From positions 3,844,001 through 3,908,000 of the forward strand of contig CM102287.1 of assembly GCA_046563655.1 (NCBI GenBank): a stretch of 64,000 bases of DNA. The letters run 5' to 3'. Under the pieces are notes generated by a model. That model saw only the letters and a program-made list of their open reading frames with translations. It had not been told where the DNA came from and made no database searches. This document shows, one piece after another, positions 51,473 to 63,601 of this stretch. The first letter of the stretch is position 1, and the number at the start of each line of letters is the position of its first letter. Both the position numbers and the translations under genes were made by a program. The stretch comes from Yuukianura sp. NJ FZ-2021. Its lineage: Eukaryota.

Positions 51473-52868
51473 ATGACGGCAACAGAACAGGAGGCTCATC
51501 ACGTTTTACCGGACGGATTCGTAAAAACGAAGGTATATTCTAAAGAAAAGTTCTTTAATTAATGTAAATTGTCGCTGAAAATAACATTCTTCACTTGATT
51601 TATTTTAGGTATGCGAAGCTCTCAGTGCCCTTGTCAATCGGGCGAAAGTAGAAGTAGAAGACAGCCTGTTCCCAGATGCCTCCACACGGATCTTGCTAGA
51701 CATCACTACATTTAAAATTCCGGAAGCAAAGAATCGATTTTTCAATATTGTTCTACCATACAAACCATATCCAGAAGACCTTGACATTCTGTTGGTCATT
51801 CCTGATGATGTCAAGACTCCAACAGATCCAGAGGTTGTTGTGGCTCGTGTCAAGGACCGACTACAAAGAACTCTGTCAGTTAAAATCCGAGAGGTCATGA
51901 CCCTCAAACAACTCAAAGATGAGTATTCCACATTTGAAGGAAAACGACAGTTGGCCAAGAGCGTTGACCTCATCCTCTCTGACATCCGAGTCTTCAAAAA
52001 CCTTTCACACATCTTGGGTCGTGAATTTTATAGAAAGAAAAAGTTCCCAATTGCGATGACTTTGGATCCAGAGCTGAACAATTTCAGTAATGACGATTTT
52101 CACTACGCCCTCCGGAAAACTGTTCTCAACATTTCAACAATCGGAACAACTTCAACGATTGTCGTAAGCTTAACGTTTTCAATTTTAAAAATTTAAGATT
52201 TTGCTGAAAGCATTGTCTTTACAGGTTGGACAAACTCATTTGTCACCGGAAGAACTCACAGAAAACGTTTCCAAAATATCGCATTGGCTCATGAGAGATT
52301 TTCCAGGAGGATGGAAAAACGTTTCAAAGTTGTCCGTTTATACCGCTGGCGTTCCACCTTTAATAATTTACCGATCTACAGGTGAGTCATCCAGATTTTT
52401 TAAGGAATAGAGCTTGTCCGTACTAATTTTCCAAAATTTTCAGGAACCCGAAACGACATTGAGGGCCGAGTGCTCGGAAAAGGCCGGAAACTCGCCGCTC
52501 CACAGGAAGACGAACTCTCTACCATGCCTGGCCGTCGAGTTCGCGTTCACGCTAACGGTAGAATCAAAGTAATCAAGCAAGATGAAGGCAGTGACGAGGA
52601 ACTTATAAAGGAACTTGGAGTGGAAGAGGAATTGACTTCAAAACGAATTCGTAATGACATTGACCTGGAAGCTGGAGTGGAGAAGAAGAAGAAAAAGAAA
52701 GGGAAGTTTGACCTTGAGGACAAATATGTCGACGAAACAATCAAGCGACAAGATTTCAAAGATGAAGAAGAGGCTGCTGCTGAAGCAGAAGCTGCAGAGG
52801 AAGTTGAAACATCCAAACCTTCAAAAAAGAAAAGGAAATCGAGGAAAATCAAAAAAGTTAAAGCTTGA
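51473..52868 (+). CDS. RSL1D1: Ribosomal L1 domain-containing protein 1; exons 51473-51532, 51609-52163, 52224-52381, 52444-52868
   Basis: QLKDEYSTFEGKRQLAKSVDLILSDIRV...LGREFYRKKKFPI, VGQTHLSPEELTENV, PGGWKNV, and a K/E-rich C-terminal tail. Confidence 0.85.
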
Positions 52869-53398
52869 ATATCTTTTGTTAGAGTTGAATTTACAGAGAA
52901 TTTTAATAAACCCTTACTCTGAACTTTGATCTTTGACCTTGTCTTTTCATTGTCATCTTTTCAAGTGGAGAGATAACATCATAGCTCACATGTTGTTTTC
53001 GGATTTTTTGTTCCCAACTGTTTTTCATATCTTGGTGTGGATGCACTTAACATAAGAGGGGAGAAGGAAGGTTATGAAATTTATGAAATTCAGATTGTGT
53101 GTGACGAGCGTTCAAGGAAGACAAGTCCAAAATTGGTAAGTGAAACTTAAATTGTTTTCATTTGAGATTTGGGTAATCCGGTTTTTGACGTCTTTTATTG
53201 CCATACCGTATGACACATCTCACTATACTGACAGTTTCCCTCTCATTTATCTTGCGTAATTAATCACAAAGTATGATTTCTCTCTCAGGAAGGATATTGG
53301 GTGACGGTAAACTATCAACGGAGTTACAGCATTTTTGGACATCTTAGTACCGATACGTTGTTGAGAACTTGGACATTTAACATTTAGAAACACGAAGG

Positions 53399-55547
53399 AT
53401 GGCAACTGTAAGAAAGACGATGGAAGCAGTAAGTAACGCAGCGATTCAAATTCGACGTAGAACCATTTGAGTTAGATTACGTTAATTTATCGACAATCTA
53501 GAATCTAGACGATACGATCATACGACGGGAGGAAGTAATGGCTTAAGTTTTAATTTTTGATATGTTGATTGATAGGTACTGAAGGATGCTCGATCAGGAT
53601 TTGCTTCTGGACGAACTCAGCCGGTTCAGTTTCGACTGGCTCAGCTGAAGAACTTACAGACGATGTTGAACGAACGTCAAGACGAAATTGTTGAAGCGCT
53701 GGATGCCGATTTAAGAAAAGCTAAGTTGGAAGGTATGCTGAACTTTTTATCGCTACTAGTTCTGGTGAGCTGGATGGATGAAATCACTTTGTAAAATTCC
53801 TGTATCCAAACGTTGTCTTTTCGTTTTTCCAGCGAGGCTCTACGAAGTCGAAATCACCAAAGCCGAAGTGTCCTATTTTCTACGAGAGCTCAAGAGCTTA
53901 GTGCAAAAAGAAAAACTGCCAGCCAATGCCCTTGCGTGTCTCGACACTGCTTATATCCAAAAAGAACCTTACGGAGTCGTACTCGTTCTTGGAGCTTGGA
54001 ACTACCCATTCGCACTTTCACTTTTGGTAAATCAATCAATTAGTAATTGAGAGAACAATGTCCAACTTTCACCAATAACAACTTTTGCTGTTCATAGCCA
54101 TTGATTGGAGCCATTGCTGCTGGAAACTGTGCCATTCTGAAACCGTCTGAACTTGCTCCCGCCACTGCCGAGATGCTTAGCAATATCATTCCACATTACT
54201 TGGACACGGTACGACATCATAACGTTTTCATTTTTGAACATTTTTGAAACGTTTTGAATTTTGAAATTTTTTTCAGGAGTGCTTTCAAGTGTACGAAGCC
54301 GATTTGGACGGAACGAAAGCCCTTCTGAAGAACAAGTTCGACTACATTTTTGCCACTGGATCGCCTAACATGGGTCGTGGTGTGATGGCCGCTGCTGCCC
54401 CACACTTGACTCCCCTGACGCTGGAACTTGGTGGGAAGTCTCCAGTGTTCATTGACGACTCAAGCGATTTTGAAGTTGCAGCGAAGCGGATCATGTGGGG
54501 AAAGTGTATGAACTTGGGCCAAACTTGCATAGCACCGGACTACATCCTGTGTAGCAAAGCAGTTGAAAAGGAATTTGTCAAAACTGCTACTCGTGTGCTG
54601 CAGGAATGGTACGGATCCGATCCACAAGAAAGTAAAGACCTTACGCGGATCATCAACGACCGACACTTCAACCGTCTAAGTGGCATGATCGCTGGAACCA
54701 AAGGTTAGCTAAACATCATAAGTGTTTCACGGTACTCGGTTCGGTTTTGGTATCGTTTCAAACCGGTTTTGTTTCTAGGTCGGATTGCCTTTGGAGGTCA
54801 AGTGGACCAAGCTGGACTGTGGATTGCTCCGACAGTGATTGTGGATGTGGAGGATGACGATGCTGTCATGAAAGAAGAAATTTTCGGACCGATTTTGCCG
54901 ATCATCACTGTTTCGTCGCCGGAAGAAGCGATTCAAAAAATTCTCGCCAGGTTAGTCCAGTTTTAAGTTGAAAGTTATAAGGTTCTCTGAGCAATTCATA
55001 AATTTAATTAAGTTATTTTAATTAATTAGTTAATTTAATTAATTCACCTTATAGACCAAAGCCACTGTCGCTGTACGTTTTTTCAAAGAAGAATTCAGTG
55101 ATCAACCAATTCGTAAAACGAACGTCCAGCGGTGGAGTTTGTATCAACGACGTCATTTGGCAAAATGGGTGGCATGGACTGCCCTTCGGAGGTCAGTTTT
55201 CAAATTTTTGACCAGAAAAACGAAATTTGTGAAAAATTTTGAAACTTGTTTTCATTTTTTTAGGTGTTGGTGAAAGTGGTTTCGGAACTTACCATGGAAA
55301 GTTCTCCTTTGACACTTTTTCGCATCGCAAACCTGTCCTAACACGTGGATTTTCTTATCTGAGTGAAAAACTGGGAGAAGCTCGATATCCGCCGTACACT
55401 GGCGGGAAATTGAAATTTTTCACTTTCGTTATCCGATATTTCCATGCATTTAACATTACGCCGTGTTACGGAAAAATTGCTACGCATTTGCTTGCTGGAG
55501 TCGCTGGAGCTTTGCTTCTCTTCATGGCACTTCGATTCTTCCAGTAA
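53399..55547 (+). CDS. ALDH3: Class 3 aldehyde dehydrogenase (fatty ALDH, ALDH3A2/AldhIII-like) with C-terminal membrane anchor
   Basis: [27 protein letters not shown], catalytic Glu motif LELGGKSP, catalytic Cys [28 protein letters not shown], hydrophobic tail. Confidence 0.95.
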
Positions 55548-56040
55548 CTCGGAATATCGTATCCACCTCTTTCGATATTTTATCCAACTAAGGTTCGATA
55601 TTTTATCGCGCGCTTCAACTGCGTGCTACTGCGATATCGTCACAAACGTCGCCCTTGCCTTTGATTCCAAACCACATTCGATTTTTCATGTAGAGCTTAT
55701 CGATAACTTATGAAATCTAGTTTCCGCAGAAAGGAGCAAAACCAGAATGTATTATATTATGCGTAGTGACTTTTAGAAATAATTTATCCAAAATTTTATT
55801 GATTTTTGAAAAAAAAACTCTAGATTTTGAAAAAAACAAAAACCCTATGTGTATTCTATTCTTATGTATAAAAAGTATAGGAGTACAAAATTCAAAATTT
55901 CCAGGCTCATAATTCTAGGAGTATTTAAAGCTAGTGGCTTTGCTGCTCAAAATCAATTGACCCTGAGGTCAAGGTCAAGGTTGCAACTGACATTTGTGTC
56001 AAGGACAACATTGTAATTGGCGTTTTTGTCAAGGTCAACA

Positions 56041-56925
56041 TTACTGATGGTAGTGAACAGACGCTGAGCACTTTCCAGAACAATTTTTTGAAATTTCGAA
56101 ATCTGGCGGGTAGTAAGTAGAGCTATTCGGAGCTTCGTCTAGAAACCAAGGTGGAATGGACTTCGTTGCGACTACTGGAGGATGCTGATGCTGATGCTGG
56201 ATTTGTGCTGGAGGAGGAACATCGGTGAGTTCCAAATAACAGTTTTCTATTGGTGGAGCCATTCTGGGGCGGAGCCAAACGTTGTCCCTGTGCCAGCACA
56301 AAGCCTTGTGACTTTCAAAATTTTTTTGAAAATGCGTTTTGTTTTTAAATTTTGAAATTTCAAAATTCTATGCTTACGTTGTTCTTGGTTCTTGCAGTTC
56401 AGCGTAAATGTTGTTGGATAAATCCTTGTCATTTCCGGTGCTACTTGAGTAAGGAGCATCGCAATAAGTATTTTCCGAAAACTGGGACGCTGAAAATCCA
56501 CCACTTCCGGAAACTACCGAACGATTCCGAGTAGATTCCTTGCGAGCCAAATGCCGAACCGACGTAGCCGAATTGTTACGCATTCTAAAAAAAAAACGAA
56601 TGCAGAAAGAGTCCAGTGTTCAAAACTTATTGCAGATTTTGATTTTTTGTTTCAAAATTTTGAAAACTTACCGCTTGATACTCAAAATGGCCGCCATGAT
56701 TCCAGCCCCACATCCTGCCGACAGTACACCAACGATGATCAAGAGGGAGCTGAGTTGAATAACATTGGGTTCAATGACCTCGAGTGACCCCGGTTTGACC
56801 CCAGCCCAGGAACAGAGGTCACAGTCAATCGTTAGGTTTAAGTAAGCGAGGAATTTCGGAAGAGGGGGCGGGGGAGGGAGTGAGGGGGGAGAAATCCAAC
56901 AATTATCTAAACAATCCAGTTCCAT
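56041..56925 (-). CDS. Small single-pass membrane protein of unknown family; 3 exons
   Basis: Pro-rich N-terminus, CDLC motif, TM segment LLIIVGVLSAGCGAGIMAAILSI then KR, cytoplasmic YAEL and YLEL motifs; donors at ~56671 and ~56376. Confidence 0.6.
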
Positions 56926-57244
56926 TGTTATTTAAACTTCCAAAAAATCGGTTTATTACGAAAACTTTGTAAATTGTTCAAAACTCTTCTGTTTCTCAAT
57001 TTTTTTTTCAAAATTTTTGAGAACTTGTTTCACATCTTGTGGATCGGAATGCAGTTGTGGTCGGAAGAGTAACTTTGTGCTCGGAGGCATTTGGATCCAA
57101 CAGGTTCTTTGCAACAATCGAAAATTTCATCCCCCTTCCTCTTGTTTTCAAACAAAAAACTTTTGTTATGCTTATTGTTGTTTTTCAGGCTTACAAACAG
57201 TTGTTGGAGGTCTATACTATGTTATAACATGGTCCAAACATCAT

Positions 57245-57350
57245 GTCCGGACATAGTTGGACAGTGGACATGGACCATGGACATAGGTTGGACAATGGAC
57301 ATGGACCATGGACATAATCTGGACAATGGACATGGACCATGGACATCATA
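57245..57350. repeat. TGGACA/TGGACC-based tandem repeat
   Basis: About three copies of ggacatagttggacaatggacatggaccat. Confidence 0.8.
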
Positions 57351-57606
57351 ATTGATGGCCCGTCAAAAACGGGTCAATCGGAGTGATGATGAAGCTTCGT
57401 TAAAACGCCGTTTGAAAACATTCACTTTTATGACTTACCAATTCCGATTCAAAATCAGTAGCTTCACCGAACGGCCTTTAAATTGGAGTTGAAATTTTGA
57501 ATTTTGAGAAAAGTTTTTTTTTATTGAAATTTTGAAATCCGAGTGACAAATTGGTTGTTAATTGAGATTAGTCAAAAGATTTAATTAATTGGTTAGGTTT
57601 AGGAAA

Positions 57607-59438
57607 TTATTCACAAGCGGATTGAACTGAGTTGCAACTGATTTGCCTCTCACTGAAACTCTTGTTATTTCCGACTGGGATTTCAATTCGAAATAATTTT
57701 CCAGTGGGCATGCAAATGCACACTTTGAATTGCGACTGTTTCTTTCCATGTGTTTCGTACTTGTATTGACCCCGAGTGACCCCGAATGCTTCCACGAGTG
57801 GTAACGAATCCGTGTAGAAACTCACTCCGTTCCGACCAGATAAAATCAGCGTTCCTTGCGTTGCCTAGAAACAGGAAAAAATATTAAATCTTAAGGCCCG
57901 TATCCACTCACATTCAGAAAAAAAATATGCATATGAATTCAAGACTGACAAAAGACATGAAACTAGAAATCGGCGGACAAAAAAAAAGTTAGGCAGAATT
58001 TAAAATTGACGCGCGACGTGAAACTAAAAATCAGTGAATACACATAGAAATAAAGTCAATTTGAACTTGAAAAACCGACGAGCGTTAAATTATCGCTGGA
58101 CAAACCGGTACGCCGAAAATTATCAGCGGACACATCGGTACACGTGAAATTTTCGGCGGATAAAAACGTACCTTGAACGTAATGTTGCGATCAGCTGAGA
58201 AGAGGACCTTATTTCCCTGAATTCGAGTCCCTTCACTGCCCTTGAGATGTGTAAAACTGGACGAAGAGAGTTCCAGGCTCGAATTTATCGCCGACGTGAT
58301 TCGATTTACACGCGCAATCTTGGCTCGAAAATTTTTAATTCCCACGGGAAGATCCAATGATGGTGAAGATGTTGAGAACAAAGTTTGTCCAGAACTTGTG
58401 ACCACACGAAATTCATCAACATTAGAAATGTTGATACCGGATTTATCCAGCGATAATCTTGGACTTGACCCGTCATGAACCCATAGGTTAATTTTCCCGC
58501 CATCTTCTGCACTAACGTCCATGGGTTCATCCTGGAACGACTGGATTATCCCATCGTACTTGTTCACCTCGTCCAAGTCCACGTTTCCATAAAATTTCAG
58601 CAAGTCTGGCAAAAACTGAAAAAAACGGTGTAAAAACACTGTGTTGCGGGTGTTTTTTTTTCAGAAAACTCTAAACCTGGTTTTACCTCGAAACTAAAAA
58701 ATAAAGCCGGTTTTATAACACTTTTACTGTGTTTTTTAAGGAAAACGCTCTAAACCTGGCTTTAACTCAAAACTGAAAGTTAAAACCGCGGTGTTATAAA
58801 ACTGTTTTACGGTGTTTTTTGTTGAAAACACTCTAAACCTGGCTTTACCTCGAAACTTTACGATAAAGCCAGTTTTATAACACTTTTACTGTGTTTTTGA
58901 AAGAAAACACTCTAAACCTGGCTTTACCTCGAACTGAAAATAAAACCGCGGTGTTATAAAAACTGTTTTACGGTGTTTTTTGTTGAAAACACTCTAAACC
59001 TGGCTTTACCTCGATACTCTCCATGCCATAACCAAGACGTAAAGTTCCAAAGAGCGTAAAGGTCACGGCAGCGTTGACGATGACCAAGATGACCAAAATG
59101 ACCAAAAGAATCCACAGCGCAAGCGCCTCTGTAGTGTATGGCCCCAGGGCATACATTTCACCTTTGACCGTCACATAGTCTTTGGCTGCAAAACCCAAAC
59201 TCTGTTGGATATTTGGATTCGGAAGGCGTTGTTGACGTTGTTGGAGCCCAGAAGGGCCTGGATTGCTATCCAAATTGTTACTTCCACGCATTGTTCCACT
59301 TGGACACTGCTGACCTTGGCTGCTTTTGACCCTGGGAAGAGTCCTGTAGGGGTCAAACGTCAATTCCGGAACTGGAGACGATCGGTTGCTGCTGGACAGC
59401 CCTGAAGACATGTTCTTGTTCTCAATTGGATCAATCAA
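57607..59438 (-). CDS. Scgbeta: Beta-sarcoglycan; exons ~59438-59010, 58615-58172, 57864-57607, start uncertain
   Basis: Type II TM (LWILLVILVILVIVNAAVTF), G.GMESIEFLP, LKGSEGTRIQG, and C-terminal Cys cluster QFKVCICMPTGKLFRI...C...SAC. Confidence 0.85.
58630..59013. repeat. Intronic tandem array, ~80 bp subunits (~160 bp dimer), each carrying a copy of the exon end and donor site
   Basis: ctctaaacctgg(c/t)tttacctcg at ~58669, 58748 (variant), 58831, 58910 and 58992. Confidence 0.85.
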
Positions 59439-60293
59439 GCTTATTGGAAAACGGGGAAAGTTGGACTCAGTCCAGAAACAAGCTATAAACTATAACAACT
59501 TCTTTCACTTTACAAAAAAAAAAGTTTTGAAAAACCGAAATCCTCAACTCCGAACGAATCCGATTGAGAGAAATCTCAAATTCATGTTACCCATTTTTAT
59601 TCTTATTTTACAAGCTAAGGAAATTAATTATTGTTCACCTAATTCTATCATTCTTTTTAAAAATTTCTACCTACGAATATAAATTCCTACTAAAATCGTT
59701 ATACAAAGTGTAAGAAAAGTGGAATAGAAAATGACGAGTGTGATCATTCGGTTGTATAACTCAAACATTCGGCTGTTAAACTTATCAAATTCTTCCACAA
59801 CGCGTAGGGCAAGTGACTCAAATTTCGGAAACACATTTATCTCCATTGTCGTAACTTTCCCTTCTGCCCGCTCTAAAAGTTTTGAAATAAAAGTAATTTG
59901 AAATCAAAATATAAATTTGAAATGAGCCCGGACTATATTGGAAGTTTTACGGTAGGTTGTCAAGGTTCCTTGACGACGAAAAGTTAATTTTCTTTAACAG
60001 GTTCGGTACTACCTCGCTTGTTGACAGAAAATAATTATTGGTGCCTACGAGCTAAACTTACTTTGTCAACTCTACTTTAGCAATTATTCAACCTGCTTTT
60101 GCCAGGTGTACTCAAATTCTAGTTTAATTTAAAAAAAATTCTAAAATTTTATGAAAAGTTATGACTACGATGCCCTGAAATGAAAATGCACTCTTTTTTT
60201 TTTTGCAAAATCAAACAAGCATGAGGTACTATTACCAAACCTGTTAAAGAAAATCAAAGTCAAAAAACCTTGGTAAGTTGTTAACTAGTCAAT

Positions 60294-60578
60294 TTAATTT
60301 AACTTACCCAACCGAATGCTAGCCAAATTTGTTTCGATGATTGGCGAATCTGAAACCCGGCTCATGGTTGCTGTAACGCTTGGTTGCTTGAATTTGAGAT
60401 CTAACTCTTCTTGTGCCAACCTGACCTTTGAACCTTGATCTTCAGACAAGGTTGTGAAGGTTGAAGTAGGTTGGACCAATGGGACGACGACGCTCGGTGG
60501 CGGAGTTTGATCTTGTACCGGTTTTTGTTCCGTATTCGCTCCCATGAACAGAATGATCAAAAAGTACTTGATCACCAT
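60294..60578 (-). CDS. Probable first exon of an unknown secreted protein
   Basis: MVIKYFLIILFMGANTEQKP signal-like start and a G|GTAAGT donor at ~60307. Downstream exons were not resolved. Confidence 0.4.
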   Translation of the reverse strand: MVIKYFLIILFMGANTEQKPVQDQTPPPSVVVPLVQPTSTFTTLSEDQGSKVRLAQEELDLKFKQPSVTATMSRVSDSPIIETNLASIRLGKLN

Positions 60579-60960
60579 TGTTCTTTTAATGAATTAGTAA
60601 TAAGTAGTAGGAGATTTACAGAGTATAAGACAAGCAAAATTCCAAATTTTAAAACGTGAGAAATTTACTAAATTCTTTGAAAGTCACTCAATGTAGGTCA
60701 ACTTTTAAAACTTTGTGTAACAAACCGAAAGAAAGCTTCCTCCAAAATTCTAAAATCCTGAAATTTTTAACCCCTAGGCTAATTCTGTAACAAATTCGAG
60801 TATTTTTAAAAAGGAAAGCAAAACAAAGACAGTTCAAAGACAATACAAGTTTCAAACTTCAGATTTTACTGCCTCCAAATTCTGAAAACCGTTTTTGGTT
60901 TATTAAAAAATAAACTGTAAAAAAACTAAACCTTTTTCTTTAAAAAGTGGTTTTTGAATC

Positions 60961-63601
60961 TCAAACATACCAGCCTCCTGGCTGGTAATAGCTGCCATTT
61001 GTTAACCCTTGACATTGACCTCCAGCTTGACCTTTCGCTTGACCTTTAGTTTGACTTTTCGCTTGACCTTTAGCTTGATTTGTACCACTGGAGCTTTTTT
61101 GGGCAATTTTGGAGTTGGACTTACTGGATCCAGCCAGGTTTTGCTTAGATGAACTGGAATTTGTAACAACGGAAATACAATTTTTTGAAAACAATTCATC
61201 CAAAAAAAGTTTTGAAAATTACGGTGCCAGAATGGTCTGTCCTTGTCCACCACAGTTGCATTTTGCGGTGGCTATTGTGCCACCATAAGTGGGTATTCCG
61301 TTGTTCTGTGACCAGTCTATGACTTGAGGTCCTTGGACATAGTAGTTCATCAGAGCAGACAAAGAGCTACGCTGCTTCTTACGCTTCCTGCATCGCTGAA
61401 CTGGGGCAGTGCAAGGGTCGTAGCAGCGCCCTCTCGTTTGAAATCTCCCGCCATTTCCGTTTGCTGCATCCAAGCAGTTGATTTCGTTCCGACCACTGTT
61501 GGCCATCCAACCTTGAAGCGTACTCGCGTCCACGTTGTCCGAAATGTAGGACGACAAGAAGCCAGGATGAGCGTTCAAGTACTTCTCGACAGCTCCTAAA
61601 GTCAAAGGTCAAAATTAAAGTCAAAAGTCAGGTCAAAGGTCACCTTGGCATTGCATGGTTACCTGCAGTCAGATTTTGACCACCACGGTTGTCAATAGGC
61701 TCCAGAAGGTTTATTTGGGCCAGAAAACTTTGACCTTTGAGTGCCCCTGCAGCGAATTGTGCATTAGCTGCTACTGTATTCTTAAGTAACCTTGACTTGG
61801 AATTTTGTTGACCCAATCGATTCGTTTTGGAACCACTTTGGTCCAATCGCTGTGAAGACAAAGTGATTTTGATTGTTTGGTTGAAGGCGTTCTTTTTGTC
61901 AAGAGCTGCCATTTGTTGCTGTTGCAGCAATAAAGCTTTGCTTTGTTTGCATAGTTTCTTTTTCAAGCTTCTTTGTGATTCGGTCAGTGCAACTTCGGAG
62001 GCGGAGTCCTCCGGAAGCATGGAGTAATTTGGCACTGTTACACCAGCGACTGGTTGCTGACGTAACGGCGGTATGTAAGAAGTGTCGTCACTTCGCAATG
62101 CCGCTGCAAGCCCAACTTGAGCCTTTGCCAGGCCGACTTGTGCCGTGACGACATCGGCGACGGCTGGTTTGGCCAAAGTTTTACCAATCGCTTGACGATT
62201 TTTGCTTGGAGAGTGATGAAGAACTTGGAGCGGATGGTCGTCAGGGTCAGTCGAAGGCTTAAGTGATTTGGTCTCAAGTCGTTTGGCTTGGATTGGCACG
62301 CTGTCCTTCACACTAGAGAAAGATGCCCTCGCTAGATCGTTGGAATCGACGCTGGATGACCTTTGACCTTGACCTTGACTTTGACCTTGATCTTGACTTT
62401 TGGACTTTGGCTGACTTTGAGGATTCTTGTTGCTTTGCTCCGTCGGGGTAAGCGAGGGCGTTGGGCTTGAGCGACCTGCAGGTTGATCCGAATTCATGTC
62501 ACGTTTTGATTCTAAGCTGGCTGACCTTTGACCTTTAGCTTGACCTTGACTGGGAACTTCAGATGATGTCGACGGCGTTCGTTTCTTTGGATCGGAAGCA
62601 ATAGGAGTAGGGATTAGGGAAGGAGTTGGACTTGACCTGCCAGACGGCTGACCTGCTGCAGATCCTGCTGCAGATTGGTCAGAACCACGTTTCGAACTTT
62701 TGTTTGACGATACTTTTTCACTGGTCATCGTATTATTTGTCTCTCCCGGGTCAAGAATCGACTCGGATTTGCTGTTTCGTGGACTTTGACCTCCCGTTGA
62801 CCCGGATTTGCTGTTTCGTTGACTTTGACCTCCCGTTGACCCGGATTTACTGTTTCGTTGACCTTGACCTTCCGCTGAGCCGAATGCCTTCTGGGGGTCA
62901 AAGGCCTCGGAATCAGCTTTGTCTTGTTCTGCCGGGTCAAGAATCGACTCAGTTTTGCTGTTTCGTTGACCTTGACCTGCTCCACCAGAAGACTTTCGTG
63001 CCTCAGAGCTGGTTGACCCGGCTCTAGATTTTGGTTGACCTTGACCTCCAAATGGAATAGAGGCTTCTGGGGCTTCAGAATTTGTTGACCCAGATCTAGA
63101 TTTTGGTTGACCTTGACTTTCTAAAACATTAGATGGTTCGAAACCTTCAGATGTCGCTGAGCCTGTTCTGTTTTTGGCTTGACCTTGACCTCCAAATGGA
63201 ATAGACGTTTCTGGACCATCAGAGCTTGTTGACCCAGCTCTAGATTTCGGTTGACCTTGACCGTCTGAAGCATTAGATGCTCCTGGAGTTTCTGACGAAG
63301 TTGACCCGCCTCTGGGTTTTCCGGGAACTTGACCTTGACCTCCCGGTGGAGTATACTCTTCTGCACCACCTTCAGACGACGTTGACCCTGTTCTGGGTTT
63401 CTCCGGAGCTTGACCTTGACCTCCTGGGGGAGTATACGTTTCTGGAGGAGCTTCAGAGCTCGTTGACCCTGTTCTGGGTTTCGCTTGATCTTGACCTCCT
63501 GGGGGAGTATAAGATTCAAGTGCCTCCGAGGACGTTGACCCGGCTCTGGCTTTCTCTTGGCCTACGCTGGGGGACCTAGTTATGCGATAGTCCTTCACCA
63601 T
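60961..63601 (-). CDS. Unknown Ser/Gly/Gln-rich repetitive protein; exons ~63601-61663, 61595-61223, 61153-60961, both ends uncertain
   Basis: A 655-codon ORF with 8 K-x-R-x-G-S-T-S-S-E...GGQGQ repeats, spliced in phase to two further exons. Confidence 0.7.

Noticed and set aside
58630..59013. Regularly spaced repeats resembling a CRISPR array
   Set aside because: The intervening sequences are themselves repeated, the context is a eukaryotic intron, and there are no cas genes.
62626..63579. Long alternative-frame and antisense ORFs over the repeat gene
   Set aside because: Shadow ORFs expected from a tandemly repeated coding sequence.
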